From Poseidonia sp. (lineage in GTDB: Archaea; Thermoplasmatota; Poseidoniia; Poseidoniales; Poseidoniaceae), in contig CBFIDD010000002.1 in assembly GCA_965661285.1 (NCBI GenBank), positions 256,001 through 320,000 on the forward strand: 64,000 bases of DNA. Reading direction: 5' to 3'. This document shows positions 1 to 9,918 of the stretch, one piece after another (position 1 is the stretch's first letter; every line of letters starts with the position of its first letter). The notes beneath the pieces were generated by a model that was not told the origin of the DNA, made no database searches, and worked only from the letters and a program-made list of their open reading frames with translations. The translations under genes were made by a program, and so were the position numbers.

Positions 1-488
1 TCCTCATGATGCCGTGGGTCTTTGGTGTACACATGGGCCACATTCGTGGCAATGATGCAGTGTCGAGCATGAACCGCTGCGGCCAATTTCACCGCCACAG
101 TATCGGTGGTATGGCCGGGGACAGTACCGCCCATGACCACGATGTGATGGTGTTCAAGCAAACCACGTGCCTCGTCAATGGTGTGAGGAACAACAGGTGC
201 GACATCGCAACCGATGTCCAACAGAAGCTGTTGCAGAACCGTGGCGTTCAAGCGAGTGCCTGCGATGCCGATTTGGTCAAGTTTGTGCCGGTCGGTGATG
301 ATTTCCCTCACCAGAGCAATGCCCTCTCGTGCCGGCAAGCCTCCACCAACAACCAAGCCAACTCGCCGTCCGTTGCCTTCCAGATGAACCACCAATTGGC
401 GCAAATGCCCCATCCACATCGTTCGTGCGGCCGCCTCTTCGGGACGAAGCAGACTTCCTCCGAGGGCCACGACATGCGTTGGGCTCAT
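1..488 (-). CDS. pyrH: Uridylate kinase, archaeal type (3' end outside window)
   Basis: Not in ORF track. Manual translation from ATG at 488: MSPTHVVALGGSLL...VVGGGLPAREGI...LDQIGIAGTRLNA...VMGGTVPGHTTDTVA...ATNVAHVYTKDP, which are UMP kinase motifs. Confidence 0.92.
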   Translation of the reverse strand, partial: MSPTHVVALGGSLLRPEEAAARTMWMGHLRQLVVHLEGNGRRVGLVVGGGLPAREGIALVREIITDRHKLDQIGIAGTRLNATVLQQLLLDIGCDVAPVVPHTIDEARGLLEHHHIVVMGGTVPGHTTDTVAVKLAAAVHARHCIIATNVAHVYTKDPRHHE

Positions 489-611
489 GGTTTGTGTGGG
501 TTGCTGGCATGCTTTCATCCTATCCCTTCACCCAAACCACGGCGCGTGGAAACACCATGTTTGGTGGGAGACTTGAAGTGCCCTGCCACAGCCGGACAAA
601 AGGGGAAGACC

Positions 612-1871
612 ATGTCAGACGATGCCAAGTTGTCAGCGCGCCGTCTGCGCCTGAAACTGGCCCTCGAAGAACTTCGGGAAATGAAGGGCTTCGGAACGGA
701 ATTGGTAACGCTCATCATTCCACCGGACCGGCAAATCTCCGACGCACGTTCGATGCTCCAAAACGAACACGGTCAAGCGGCCAACATCAAATCAAAAGGG
801 ACACGGAAAAACGTCCAAGGCGCCATTGAATCGGCCATCTCGACGCTTTCTCGGTTCAAGACCCCCGGTGAAAACGGTCTTGCCATCTTCGTTGGCTCCA
901 TCATCATTGGCAACAACAAAAGCCGGATGGTCAACATCGTGGTCGACGACCCCCCGCAATCCCTCGTCTCCTTCCGATACCGCTGTGATTCTCGATTCGA
1001 AGTGACCCAACTTGAGGAAATGCTGGTCGACAAGAAGTCCTACGCCCTCTTCGTGATTGACCGAGCCGAAGCAGCCTACGGTATTGCTACCGGAAAGCGC
1101 ATCCACGTTCAAGAGCACCTCGTCTCCAACATCATGGGCAAACACCGCCAAGGTGGTCAGTCGGCCCAACGTTTTGAGCGGCTCATTGAGGAGGCTGCGC
1201 ACAATTTCTTCAAGCGTGCAACAGAGCACGCCTGCTCCTATTGGCTGCCTCATCTTGAGAACATCCAAGCCGTCATCATCGGTGGACCGGGAGCGACCAA
1301 AGACTTCGTTGTGAAGAACGAATATTTCCACCACGAAATCACGAAAAAAATTGCGAAAACGACCTTTGATGTTGGCTACTCAAACGAATCGGGCGTCCGG
1401 GAACTGGTTGAAAACGCCGGCCAGTTAATGGGCGAAATTGAATTGGACGCCGAGCGTCAAATCATGAACCGATTCCTCGAGGAGTTGATTCGCCCGCACC
1501 CGAAAGCCACCTACGGTGAGATGATGATCGAGCAGGCGCTGAACCAAGGTGCTGTGGATACGTTGCTGATCTCAGAGGGGCTTCGCGGAAACATCGTGGA
1601 ATTGTTGTGCAAAAAATGCAAACATGGCACCGATGCGAAGTGGGAAGAACGACTCTCGCTTCAGCAAGAATTGCCCGCATGTCCCTCCTGTGGTGCATCC
1701 GGAGATTCGATTCGCGAACAGGCCAGCCATTCCATCATTGATTCACTTGGGCAGATGGCCGAAGCAAGTAATTCACAAATTACATACATTTCAGTGGACA
1801 CAGAAGAGGGTTCACAACTAATGCAAGGCTTTGGTGGCCTTGCTGCTATTCTTCGCTATCCAATGATGTGA
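612..1871 (+). CDS. prf1: Peptide chain release factor aRF1
   Basis: NIKS, YRCDS and GGQS motifs. Start moved to ATG 612 because the upstream 202 codons are mostly antisense to pyrH. Confidence 0.96.
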   Translation: MSDDAKLSARRLRLKLALEELREMKGFGTELVTLIIPPDRQISDARSMLQNEHGQAANIKSKGTRKNVQGAIESAISTLSRFKTPGENGLAIFVGSIIIGNNKSRMVNIVVDDPPQSLVSFRYRCDSRFEVTQLEEMLVDKKSYALFVIDRAEAAYGIATGKRIHVQEHLVSNIMGKHRQGGQSAQRFERLIEEAAHNFFKRATEHACSYWLPHLENIQAVIIGGPGATKDFVVKNEYFHHEITKKIAKTTFDVGYSNESGVRELVENAGQLMGEIELDAERQIMNRFLEELIRPHPKATYGEMMIEQALNQGAVDTLLISEGLRGNIVELLCKKCKHGTDAKWEERLSLQQELPACPSCGASGDSIREQASHSIIDSLGQMAEASNSQITYISVDTEEGSQLMQGFGGLAAILRYPMM

Positions 1872-1880
1872 GGTGAAACC

Positions 1881-3644
1881 ATGGAGTTGCTCAAAGCAGA
1901 GATACAACACCTCGTCGAGGAGGCCCTCGAAACACTTGGCGTCGATTCGGGCCTCGTCGAGCGGATGCTTCAGCCTGCGAAAGAAGCCGACCAGGGCGAC
2001 CTTTCCCTCCCGTGTTTTCCATTTGCAAAGGCCCTCGGCATGGCTCCAACGGTGATTGCAGAGAACATCAAAGCCGCCATGGCCAAGCATGAGGCCATCC
2101 TTGAGGTCAACGCCGTCAACGGCTATCTGAACGTTCGAGCCGACCCTGCCTGGCTGGCGAACCGATTGCTCAACGAAGGTGTGCGCCTCGGTGCAAACGA
2201 TGGACGCCGAGAGGTCCTTATCGAACACACCTCGGCCAACCCGAACGGACCCTTCCACGTGGGGCGGGCACGAAACGCCATTCTGGGTGACACACTCGTG
2301 CGCCTCCATCGATTGTGGGGCGACAGCGTCACTGCTGAGTATTATGTGGACGACATGGGAAAGCAGGTTGCCGTCCTTGCGTGGGCCCTTGACAACATGA
2401 GCGCCGAGGAAGTTGAAGGACTGCTCGAGCAGCGCGAACCCGCCAATCCGAAGTGGTCCCACAAGGCTGACCACGAACGGGTGCGATGGTACCAAGCGGC
2501 CCAACTCCTCCGCAAAGAAAGCCAGAAGAGTGCACGTATTGAACAGGCCATCGGTGAACTTGTTCACGCCAGCGAGCACGGAGATGAAGCCGTTCTTGCA
2601 TCGTTTCAGAACGCCTATCAGCCCGTGCTTGACGGCATGTTGGAAACCCTTGGACGCCTTGGAATCCACTTTGACCGGTTTACCAAAGAGTCGGTCTTTG
2701 TCACCAATGGTGATGTTGGTCGGCTGATGGCGACCCTGGGCGAGCTTGAGATCAACGGCATCGCCGAAAACGGTGCGCAGTTTTTGGATCTCGGCCAGCG
2801 GGGACTCAAAGGGAAAACAGAATTCTTCTATCGACGAGGGGACGGTTCTTCCCTGTACGCCACCAGAGACATCGCCTATCACGAGTGGAAATGGACGCAA
2901 TGCAATGAACTCATCAATGTCTTGGGTGAAGACCACAAGTTGCAAGCCCAACAGGTGGGGCTCACGCTTGAAGAACTCGGCCAGCGGCGGCCCGAAGTCA
3001 TGTTCTATTCCTTCATCAAACTCCCCGAGGGCAAGATGTCGACCCGTCGAGGCAACGTGGTGTTCATGGACGACCTCCTTGAGGAAGCCCAGGCCCATGC
3101 CGTTGAGGTGCTCAAAGAACGACGACCCGACCTTGACGACGAAACCATGGCGACCATCGCCGAGGCCGTCGGTACGTCGGCGGTTCGATTCAACATCATC
3201 AGCGTGAGTCCCGAGAAAGGCTTCACCTTCCGATGGGAGGACGCCTTGAGTTTCGAAGCCGGTTCTGCTCCGTTCATCATGTACAGCCACACCCGTGCTT
3301 GTTCCATCAAGCGAAAGGTCGTCGAAACCGACCCATCCTTCGCCGGCACCTACGATGGACCCGCACCTTCAAGCGACAGCATGCCTCCTGGATTGGTCCA
3401 ACTCCTTCGCATGCTGGCGGTGCACGATGACCGTCTGGCCAAGGTGGTTCGTGAGCACCGCCCCAACCTCTTTGCCGAGTATCTGCTCCGACTGTCAACG
3501 GCCTACAACTCGTTCTATAGAGACTGCTACATCATCAACGATGGCGTCGTCAATCCGTTCTATTTCGCCGTGTCTGAACTCGCAAGGACCACCCTTCGAG
3601 ACGGCATGGTCGGACTTGGCGTTGTCCCCATTGAAACGATGTGA
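1881..3644 (+). CDS. argS: Arginyl-tRNA synthetase
   Basis: EHTSANPNGPFHVGRARN (HIGH-like), KMSTRRG, DALR-type C-terminus; GAGGTG SD upstream. Confidence 0.96.
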   Translation: MELLKAEIQHLVEEALETLGVDSGLVERMLQPAKEADQGDLSLPCFPFAKALGMAPTVIAENIKAAMAKHEAILEVNAVNGYLNVRADPAWLANRLLNEGVRLGANDGRREVLIEHTSANPNGPFHVGRARNAILGDTLVRLHRLWGDSVTAEYYVDDMGKQVAVLAWALDNMSAEEVEGLLEQREPANPKWSHKADHERVRWYQAAQLLRKESQKSARIEQAIGELVHASEHGDEAVLASFQNAYQPVLDGMLETLGRLGIHFDRFTKESVFVTNGDVGRLMATLGELEINGIAENGAQFLDLGQRGLKGKTEFFYRRGDGSSLYATRDIAYHEWKWTQCNELINVLGEDHKLQAQQVGLTLEELGQRRPEVMFYSFIKLPEGKMSTRRGNVVFMDDLLEEAQAHAVEVLKERRPDLDDETMATIAEAVGTSAVRFNIISVSPEKGFTFRWEDALSFEAGSAPFIMYSHTRACSIKRKVVETDPSFAGTYDGPAPSSDSMPPGLVQLLRMLAVHDDRLAKVVREHRPNLFAEYLLRLSTAYNSFYRDCYIINDGVVNPFYFAVSELARTTLRDGMVGLGVVPIETM

Positions 3645-4760
3645 TCACACGTCTTGGCGGTACCAACCCTCGGGCAGTTCCATGGGGTTGTTTGGTCTCG
3701 CAGCCTTGACCCTCCGCACGATTTCCAACCGCATGGCGTCGAGACCGACGTTTTCTGTCGCTGAAATGCAGATGCGGCCCTCAGCATCGATGAGCAATGG
3801 AAGTTCGGGCTCGCCTTCACTTCCTTCCCCTCGCCAAGCCGTCTCCTCCGCCTCAACCTCATCCCACATGGACAGGCGTGGCTCAATCAAATCAGCCTTC
3901 GAGCTGACCAGCATCAAATCGGTCTCGGGAAGCAGCGTTTGCACCTCTTCGAGCAGGTTCATCTGCTCCTCATAAGGCGTCCCGCATGATTCACTTTCGT
4001 CGACGAGAAAAAGGACGAGTGAGCCCACATTTTCCAGTGCTGCGATGGCTTGCATCTCAATGTGGTTTCGCTGCTCCATGGGGCGGTCAAGCAACCCCGG
4101 CGTATCGACCATCTGGTACTGAAGGCGACGATGTGTAAAATGGCCCACGTGGATTTGCTTGGTGGTGAAGGGGTAGAGATTGACTTCCATGTTTCCGGTA
4201 CTCAGGGCCGAGATGAACGCAGATTTCCCCACGTTGGGTGCACCGCAGACCACGATGCAGGGTGAAACTGGGTCGACCTTTGGGAGTCGCTTGAGCGTTT
4301 CACGGGCTTCGCTCAACCACGTCAGCGAAGGACCAACTTGCCGCATGATGGAAGAAATGCGACCGTAGGCTTCTCGACGGGCATCGTGCATCAGGTCGGT
4401 GCGACCTGTTCGGATGATTTTTTTCGCATTCTGTGAAGCGATACGAAGCACCTGATTTGATGCCCACTGCAGCGTGGCCAAATTTTTCCGGTACTCATCA
4501 CAACCAACACAGGCATCGATCATCGCGACATCGAATTGAGGCGATTGGTCCAGCGAAGGCCACGCTGCTACCAACTCTTGAAACTCCGTTGCGATGATGT
4601 CCGCCGCCGTTTGTACCATTCGCGTCATCTGCTTGCGCACCCGGAACACGCGGTCGGGGTCGTCAACACGGTCCGCTGCTTTCTTGGCACGGGAGAAGGC
4701 TTTGTCGAGGAGTTCATCCTCCAACAAAACGGTGCCAAGGGTACGCCAGGAGACCTTCAT
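3645..4760 (-). CDS. NOG1-family GTPase
   Basis: GAPNVGKS, YPFTT, DTPGLLDRP, SKAD G-motifs. Confidence 0.92.
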   Translation of the reverse strand: MKVSWRTLGTVLLEDELLDKAFSRAKKAADRVDDPDRVFRVRKQMTRMVQTAADIIATEFQELVAAWPSLDQSPQFDVAMIDACVGCDEYRKNLATLQWASNQVLRIASQNAKKIIRTGRTDLMHDARREAYGRISSIMRQVGPSLTWLSEARETLKRLPKVDPVSPCIVVCGAPNVGKSAFISALSTGNMEVNLYPFTTKQIHVGHFTHRRLQYQMVDTPGLLDRPMEQRNHIEMQAIAALENVGSLVLFLVDESESCGTPYEEQMNLLEEVQTLLPETDLMLVSSKADLIEPRLSMWDEVEAEETAWRGEGSEGEPELPLLIDAEGRICISATENVGLDAMRLEIVRRVKAARPNNPMELPEGWYRQDV

Positions 4761-4870
4761 GCCCGTTCCTCAGTTGTGCCCCATCGTCGTCCATTGATGA
4801 AGTATCCCGTCCAAACAGAGGTTGGAAGGACAAAGGTGAGGTTCATGTACGCTCGCCGATTGGTCATGGC

Positions 4871-5311
4871 ATGGCGAAGAAGAAATCCGTTGACCTTCCC
4901 GACTGGGCCAAATCGATGTGGGAAGACATGGGGTCCCCAGAATTGGAAGGGCTGAAATCCGTTCACAACGGCGACCTGCTCGAACGCCGCCAAGGGCTGC
5001 GAAGGGACGACTTCGTTGAAATTCACATGGACGCACAAGCCTTTGCAAATCCCGAAGACGCCTATGTTCGAGGACGACTGATTTCTTCAGGCAAATCAAG
5101 TCTTGAGGTGCTGACCGAGGACGGGCGTTGCGAGTTCATCTCACGAAACGTGATCGTGAAGATGGTCCTTGTCGCCCACACACGCCCTGCCTATATCGAC
5201 GACGAGGAACTGCTGGCCTTTGAGCGAGAGGACATGAAGCGACGCTCGAAACTCCATGAGAAGGTCGAAAAAGAAACCAAAGGCAACGACGATTCACACC
5301 TGTGGGGATGA
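4871..5311 (+). CDS. Hypothetical protein (possible Sm-like beta barrel core)
   Basis: 146-aa ORF heading a co-oriented 3-gene run; no firm family motif. Confidence 0.65.
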   Translation: MAKKKSVDLPDWAKSMWEDMGSPELEGLKSVHNGDLLERRQGLRRDDFVEIHMDAQAFANPEDAYVRGRLISSGKSSLEVLTEDGRCEFISRNVIVKMVLVAHTRPAYIDDEELLAFEREDMKRRSKLHEKVEKETKGNDDSHLWG

Positions 5312-5315
5312 CCTC

Positions 5316-5561
5316 ATGAAACATCCGGAAGGGTGGACCGAAGTTGACGGCCGATTGATGCGAGAATATTCGTTTGATGATTTTCTTCAAGCCAAGGCGT
5401 TCATCGACGCCGTGAGCGAGATTTGTGAAGCACAAGAGCACCACGCTGAACTTCATTTTGGCTGGGGGTATGCCGTGGTGGAAACCTACACCCATGAGAC
5501 TGCGTCCATCACGCAGCGCGACCTCGATCTCGCCGAGGCCATCAACGCCATCGAGGTGTGA
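5316..5561 (+). CDS. Pterin-4a-carbinolamine dehydratase
   Basis: YSFDDF...EAQEHHAEL...YTHE...ITQRDLDLAEAI pattern; ATG at 5316. Confidence 0.88.
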   Translation: MKHPEGWTEVDGRLMREYSFDDFLQAKAFIDAVSEICEAQEHHAELHFGWGYAVVETYTHETASITQRDLDLAEAINAIEV

Positions 5562-5902
5562 CCGTGCCGGTGGACCCCAAGGGAAGAACCGAGCCCGGGT
5601 TCATCCGGCACGCCTTCATCTGCGGCCATCAACGAGCCGACGGTGCCGCACGCCCATCCTGTGGCGCCAAGGACAGCATCGATTTGATGCGAACCATCAA
5701 GCAACGCGTGCGTGGGGAAACCAAGGCCAACATCCGCGTCCAAAAATCAGGGTGTTTGGACCACTGCGAGTTCGGACCCACCTGCGTGGTCTATCCGGAG
5801 GGAACGTGGTACGGCCTCACTTCGCAGGCGGACATCGAGGCACTTTTCCACCACCTCGTCACGGGGGAAGTGGACGAAGAGCATACACTGAAACTCGAAT
5901 GA
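5558..5902 (+). CDS. Thioredoxin-like [2Fe-2S] ferredoxin
   Basis: FICG...SCG...SGCLDHCEFGPTCVVYPEGTWY motif. Confidence 0.9.
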   Translation: MTVPVDPKGRTEPGFIRHAFICGHQRADGAARPSCGAKDSIDLMRTIKQRVRGETKANIRVQKSGCLDHCEFGPTCVVYPEGTWYGLTSQADIEALFHHLVTGEVDEEHTLKLE

Positions 5903-6313
5903 TCAGAGTTTGACCGGCCGGGTGGCACCGCAGGCTTGACACTTGAGCAGCGTCGTGCGGTCTTCTTTAACAAAATGGGTATCCGGTGCACTGCACTGAC
6001 TGCACTTGATGTAGGTGTTGACATAGTTGGCGATGGTACCTTTGATTCGCTTTGGTGGAATGCGCCCCTTGAATCGCGCTCGTGGCCCGTCCCGAGAACC
6101 CGATGTACCCAATTCGTTGAGGATGTACTGGTAAACGTGGTTTTCATCCCGGTCCATCATGGAGACCACTTCGTTAAAATTACGAAAAATGGTGTTGGAA
6201 CCTTCAATCATGATCTGCGGCGCCGGCAGTCTCCATCGTGAGCGGGAGGAGATTTCCTCGGGGATGTTTTCCCGGGCCCTTTCCAACAGGTTCTCGTAAT
6301 CAAAGTCGGCCAT
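5903..6313 (-). CDS. eif2b: Translation initiation factor aIF-2 beta
   Basis: DYENLLERA N-terminus, NELGTSG, CSQC...CQACGA zinc ribbon; start at ATG 6313. Confidence 0.94.
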   Translation of the reverse strand: MADFDYENLLERARENIPEEISSRSRWRLPAPQIMIEGSNTIFRNFNEVVSMMDRDENHVYQYILNELGTSGSRDGPRARFKGRIPPKRIKGTIANYVNTYIKCSQCSAPDTHFVKEDRTTLLKCQACGATRPVKL

Positions 6314-6402
6314 GATTTTCCCCCGGGTCTCCATCCCTTCAAGACTTTTCCTTTGGGGAGGATACAGGAAAGCATTGATGAGCGTTCCACGGCAGGCATG
6401 AG

Positions 6403-6996
6403 ATGAGCAACATGGTCCTCAGCATCGAAGAACTCAAAGCGCTGGCCTCCAACTTGATGAAGGAAGGGTTGAACACGCAGCAAATTGCCGATGAACTCTC
6501 GCTTTCTCAAGACACCATCACCTGGCTTCTCTCCGAAACCGCAGAGACCGAGCGCCCGAGCGATGTCCGCATCGGCTGGCGCACCCTGGGTGTCCGCCCC
6601 CAACGCATTGCTGCCGTGGGTTCCATCATGGCCGATGTGGCAGACGAAGAGGTTGGCTACGAAAACATCGACACCGTGGTGGGTATTTCCATCAACGGTA
6701 TTGCGTTCGCTTACGAAGTGGCACGGGTGTTGGAGTCCGACATGACGGTGTTCCGAACCACCGACGAAGGCGAGGGAAGCGGTTCGCTATCCAACAAATA
6801 CGGACAGGTCGCGGGAAAGAAAGTCGTCATCATCGACGATGTGCTTTCATCGGGGAAAACCATGTCAAAAACAATTGAATCCATTCGTGCGGCAGGTGGG
6901 GAAGTGACCTTAGCCATCGTCCTGGTCAACAAAACAACCCGTAACGAAATCGACGATGTCCCGCTCCGGGGTTTGGTACGAGCCGTTGCCGTTTGA
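6403..6996 (+). CDS. HTH-fused orotate phosphoribosyltransferase-like protein (PyrE-like/GfcR family)
   Basis: N-terminal HTH (GLNTQQIADELSLSQDTITWLL) and PRPP loop VVIIDDVLSSGKT. Confidence 0.85.
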   Translation: MSNMVLSIEELKALASNLMKEGLNTQQIADELSLSQDTITWLLSETAETERPSDVRIGWRTLGVRPQRIAAVGSIMADVADEEVGYENIDTVVGISINGIAFAYEVARVLESDMTVFRTTDEGEGSGSLSNKYGQVAGKKVVIIDDVLSSGKTMSKTIESIRAAGGEVTLAIVLVNKTTRNEIDDVPLRGLVRAVAV

Positions 6997-7006
6997 GGTG
7001 AATCGT

Positions 7007-8617
7007 GTGCACTGGAGCGACGTCATGGCCAAGCGACTCGCCGAGCGTGGCGAGAAGCACATCGTCGCGACAGGCATTACCCCCAGCGGGGAATTTCATA
7101 TCGGTCATCTTCGCGAAATCTTGACGGGCGACATGATCGCTCGTGCCGTACGCCGCGCAGGCATGGAAGCAGAACTGGTCTTTGTCGTTGACAACGCCGA
7201 CCCGCTGCGTAAAGTCTACCCGTTTTTGGACGAGAGCTACGAGGATTTCATCGGTCACCAACTGGGATCCATCCCCGCCCCTGACGAGCATGGAAAGCCC
7301 GACTGGGACCGATTCAACAACGAGGGATGGACCTATGGCGACCATTTTCTCCTCCCCTTCCTCGAGGCACTTCGCCAAATCGGTGTGGTGCCCACCTTGC
7401 TTCCAAATCTGGAAGCCTACCGAAGCGGGAAGTTCAGTTCGGCCGCAAAGATAGCGTGTGATAACCCTGGAGCCATTCGTGAAATCATTGAACGGGTTTC
7501 GGGGCGAGAACTTTCAGATGATTGGTTCCCTTGGCAGCCCTTGGATTCCAAAGGTTCGCTTGACGGCCTGACCATCACCGGCTACGACTATCCCCTGGTG
7601 CATTGGACCGACCGGCATGGCGAACATGGTTCCTCGAACATCGAAAAGGGCGAGGGAAAACTTCCGTGGCGCTTGGACTGGCCGGCGAAATGGGGATTCA
7701 ACCACATCACGTGCGAGCCGTTCGGTAAAGACCACGGCGCAGCCGGAGGCTCGTACGATACGGGCAAAGAAATCGCCTTGCTGTTTGGCCATGAACCTCC
7801 GGCTCCGCTGACCTATGAGTGGATCAGCCTCAAGGGGAAAGGTGCGATGTCGTCGTCTTCTGGAAACACGGTAGGCCCAATGGAAGCGCTGCGCTTGGTG
7901 CCTCCGGAAATCCTTCGTTTCTTGGTGGCGAATTCGAAACCGAGCAAGGCTATAGAATTTGACACGGGAATGGGTTTGGTGAATCTTGCTGACGAATACG
8001 AACGGCTCTGCGCACGGGATTTTGACGCAGAAATGCAGAATGAGAACCTCAGCCGTCGAAAGTTGGTGCAACTCGAGGACGCCAAGGTCGCTCTTGAGCT
8101 TGCATCGATTCGCGAAGGTGATGTTGCCGCAGCGACCTCCATCAGCTTCAGGCACATGGCTCTGCTCGCACAAATCAAACCCAACGACGACGATGTTTGG
8201 GCGAGCCTGCAAGCCTCGGGATCGCTTGATGAACGAACGCCGGAGCTCGAAGACCGGTTGCGACGAATGCGTGCATGGATCGCTTCCGACCACTTCCCAG
8301 AGGAAATGAAAGTCAACGTCTGCAGCGAACCGGACCTGGACGCGATCAACGCCCTTAGCGAAGCGCAACGCGGCGTGCTTCACCATCTCAGCCAATCGCT
8401 CTCGACCACCGATTGGACACCCGACGGGATCACGGCGGCCTTCAAGGAGGCGGGTGCAGCTGCCGATGTCGGCATGCGTGACGTCTACCGAGCGTGCTAT
8501 GCTCTGTTCATGGCCGCCGAACGTGGCCCCCGCCTTGCGCCGATTCTTTCCAATTGCGACCGAGAGAGCATCTTGAAACTGACCAGCAGCGCAGTTGACC
8601 AACAGGCGGGAAACTAA
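7007..8617 (+). CDS. lysS: Lysyl-tRNA synthetase, class I
   Basis: HWSD start, GITPSGEFHIGH, GKLPWRLDWPAKW, EPFGKDH, MSSSSGN, GPRLA; GTG 7007 after GAGGTG SD. Confidence 0.95.
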   Translation: MHWSDVMAKRLAERGEKHIVATGITPSGEFHIGHLREILTGDMIARAVRRAGMEAELVFVVDNADPLRKVYPFLDESYEDFIGHQLGSIPAPDEHGKPDWDRFNNEGWTYGDHFLLPFLEALRQIGVVPTLLPNLEAYRSGKFSSAAKIACDNPGAIREIIERVSGRELSDDWFPWQPLDSKGSLDGLTITGYDYPLVHWTDRHGEHGSSNIEKGEGKLPWRLDWPAKWGFNHITCEPFGKDHGAAGGSYDTGKEIALLFGHEPPAPLTYEWISLKGKGAMSSSSGNTVGPMEALRLVPPEILRFLVANSKPSKAIEFDTGMGLVNLADEYERLCARDFDAEMQNENLSRRKLVQLEDAKVALELASIREGDVAAATSISFRHMALLAQIKPNDDDVWASLQASGSLDERTPELEDRLRRMRAWIASDHFPEEMKVNVCSEPDLDAINALSEAQRGVLHHLSQSLSTTDWTPDGITAAFKEAGAAADVGMRDVYRACYALFMAAERGPRLAPILSNCDRESILKLTSSAVDQQAGN

Positions 8618-8689
8618 CGACTGAAATTCTGACGATTTCAAGACCATACCTGCACACCCTTCAAAAGGTGTCACCTCTGTAAAGGCTCC

Positions 8690-9856
8690 ATGGGAGGCGT
8701 GTACTGTCCAACTTGCGAGGCAGGTGTTGAAGTCACTGCGAAATTTTGTCTGTCCTGCGGTCACGACCTTACCGCCCAAGGCCCAATCACCGCTACCGGG
8801 CATGACCTCAACCAACTCAAGGATGTTATTCGCCTTCGAGACGACCTTTCCATGGCAGAAAAGTTCGACATGATCGCTCAAGTCGAAGACGGCGCCGATC
8901 CCATCGCCCTTGGCATTGCAGCGGCTGCAGATGATGGCCATGGCATGGACGAACACGACGTGGCTGTACCCGAAGCCGATGACGTGGCCCCTGCACTCCA
9001 AGCAGCATCTTGGAACCACGATGCTGCAGACGCCGCTGTAGAGTTGGCAACCGAAGGGTCAAAACTCAACGATTTGAAGAAGGCAGGCGCTTTTGAGAAA
9101 GACGACAAGACCTTTGTTGAGGCCATGAATCTCGGACGCGACGCCACACTGGAAGTGCTCAAGGTCTCCCAAGGTTTGGTTCTCCCCGCCAATGACGCGC
9201 TCCAGCGCATACCCATCATGCAGCCCCCCAACAAAAGCTTCTGCCCAAAGTGCGGCTCGGATATTCACGCCAACGCCATGCTCCAATGGAAAAAATGGAG
9301 CGACGCTTCCACTGAAGTCTTGACCATCCAACTCGAAGCCGCCATGCGAAGTTCCCTGATGCACCTCTCTGCATCCTATCGCGACAAGATTCAAGATTTG
9401 GAAGACCAACTTTCTGATGCAAAGAAGGCGGTGGAGCGTGCAAAAGAGGAAGCAGCAAAGGCGCCAAAGACTGAGGCTCCGAAGGCCGAAAAGAAAAAGA
9501 AAACCGGAAAGGCTGCCGCCTCGACCAAAGCAGCTCCTAAGAAGTCGAACCCAGCCCCTTCCAAGCCCAAAACAGGAGGTCTATTCGGCGCAAAGAAGCC
9601 CAAGAAGACCTACGAGGGCGAACCGGGCGGAAAGGCGGAATGGTTCCTTGAAGAGGCGTTGGACACGGTCTACGATCCGCACGGAACCGGCAAACCGGTG
9701 AAGGCCGCCATGATTCTCGCCCGTTCCTCGGACGGCAACGTACGGGTGCGGGATGTGATACGAACCTATGCCGTCGAGGGTGAGGAAGGCATTTCGGAAC
9801 TCGCCTGGACCAGCCCGCTCACCAGATACCTGATTGAAGCCTTTGATGCCTGTTAA
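8690..9856 (+). CDS. Zinc-ribbon/coiled-coil hypothetical protein
   Basis: CPTC...CLSCG, FCPKCG, coiled coil, Lys/Ala/Pro-rich linker. Confidence 0.8.
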   Translation: MGGVYCPTCEAGVEVTAKFCLSCGHDLTAQGPITATGHDLNQLKDVIRLRDDLSMAEKFDMIAQVEDGADPIALGIAAAADDGHGMDEHDVAVPEADDVAPALQAASWNHDAADAAVELATEGSKLNDLKKAGAFEKDDKTFVEAMNLGRDATLEVLKVSQGLVLPANDALQRIPIMQPPNKSFCPKCGSDIHANAMLQWKKWSDASTEVLTIQLEAAMRSSLMHLSASYRDKIQDLEDQLSDAKKAVERAKEEAAKAPKTEAPKAEKKKKTGKAAASTKAAPKKSNPAPSKPKTGGLFGAKKPKKTYEGEPGGKAEWFLEEALDTVYDPHGTGKPVKAAMILARSSDGNVRVRDVIRTYAVEGEEGISELAWTSPLTRYLIEAFDAC

Positions 9857-9918
9857 GACGAGGGTTTTTGTCCGCAACGAGCGGAATGCTTCTTGACCCA
9901 CCACCGACTCGATTGACC

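Noticed and set aside
6-611. 202-aa N-terminal extension of aRF1 in the ORF track
   Set aside because: It is mostly the antisense frame of pyrH plus the intergenic region; aRF1 homology begins at ATG 612.
1818-3290. Long antisense ORFs (also 7514-9019, 34468-35592, 43698-44633, 56990-58186)
   Set aside because: Shadow frames of well-supported genes, with no motifs.
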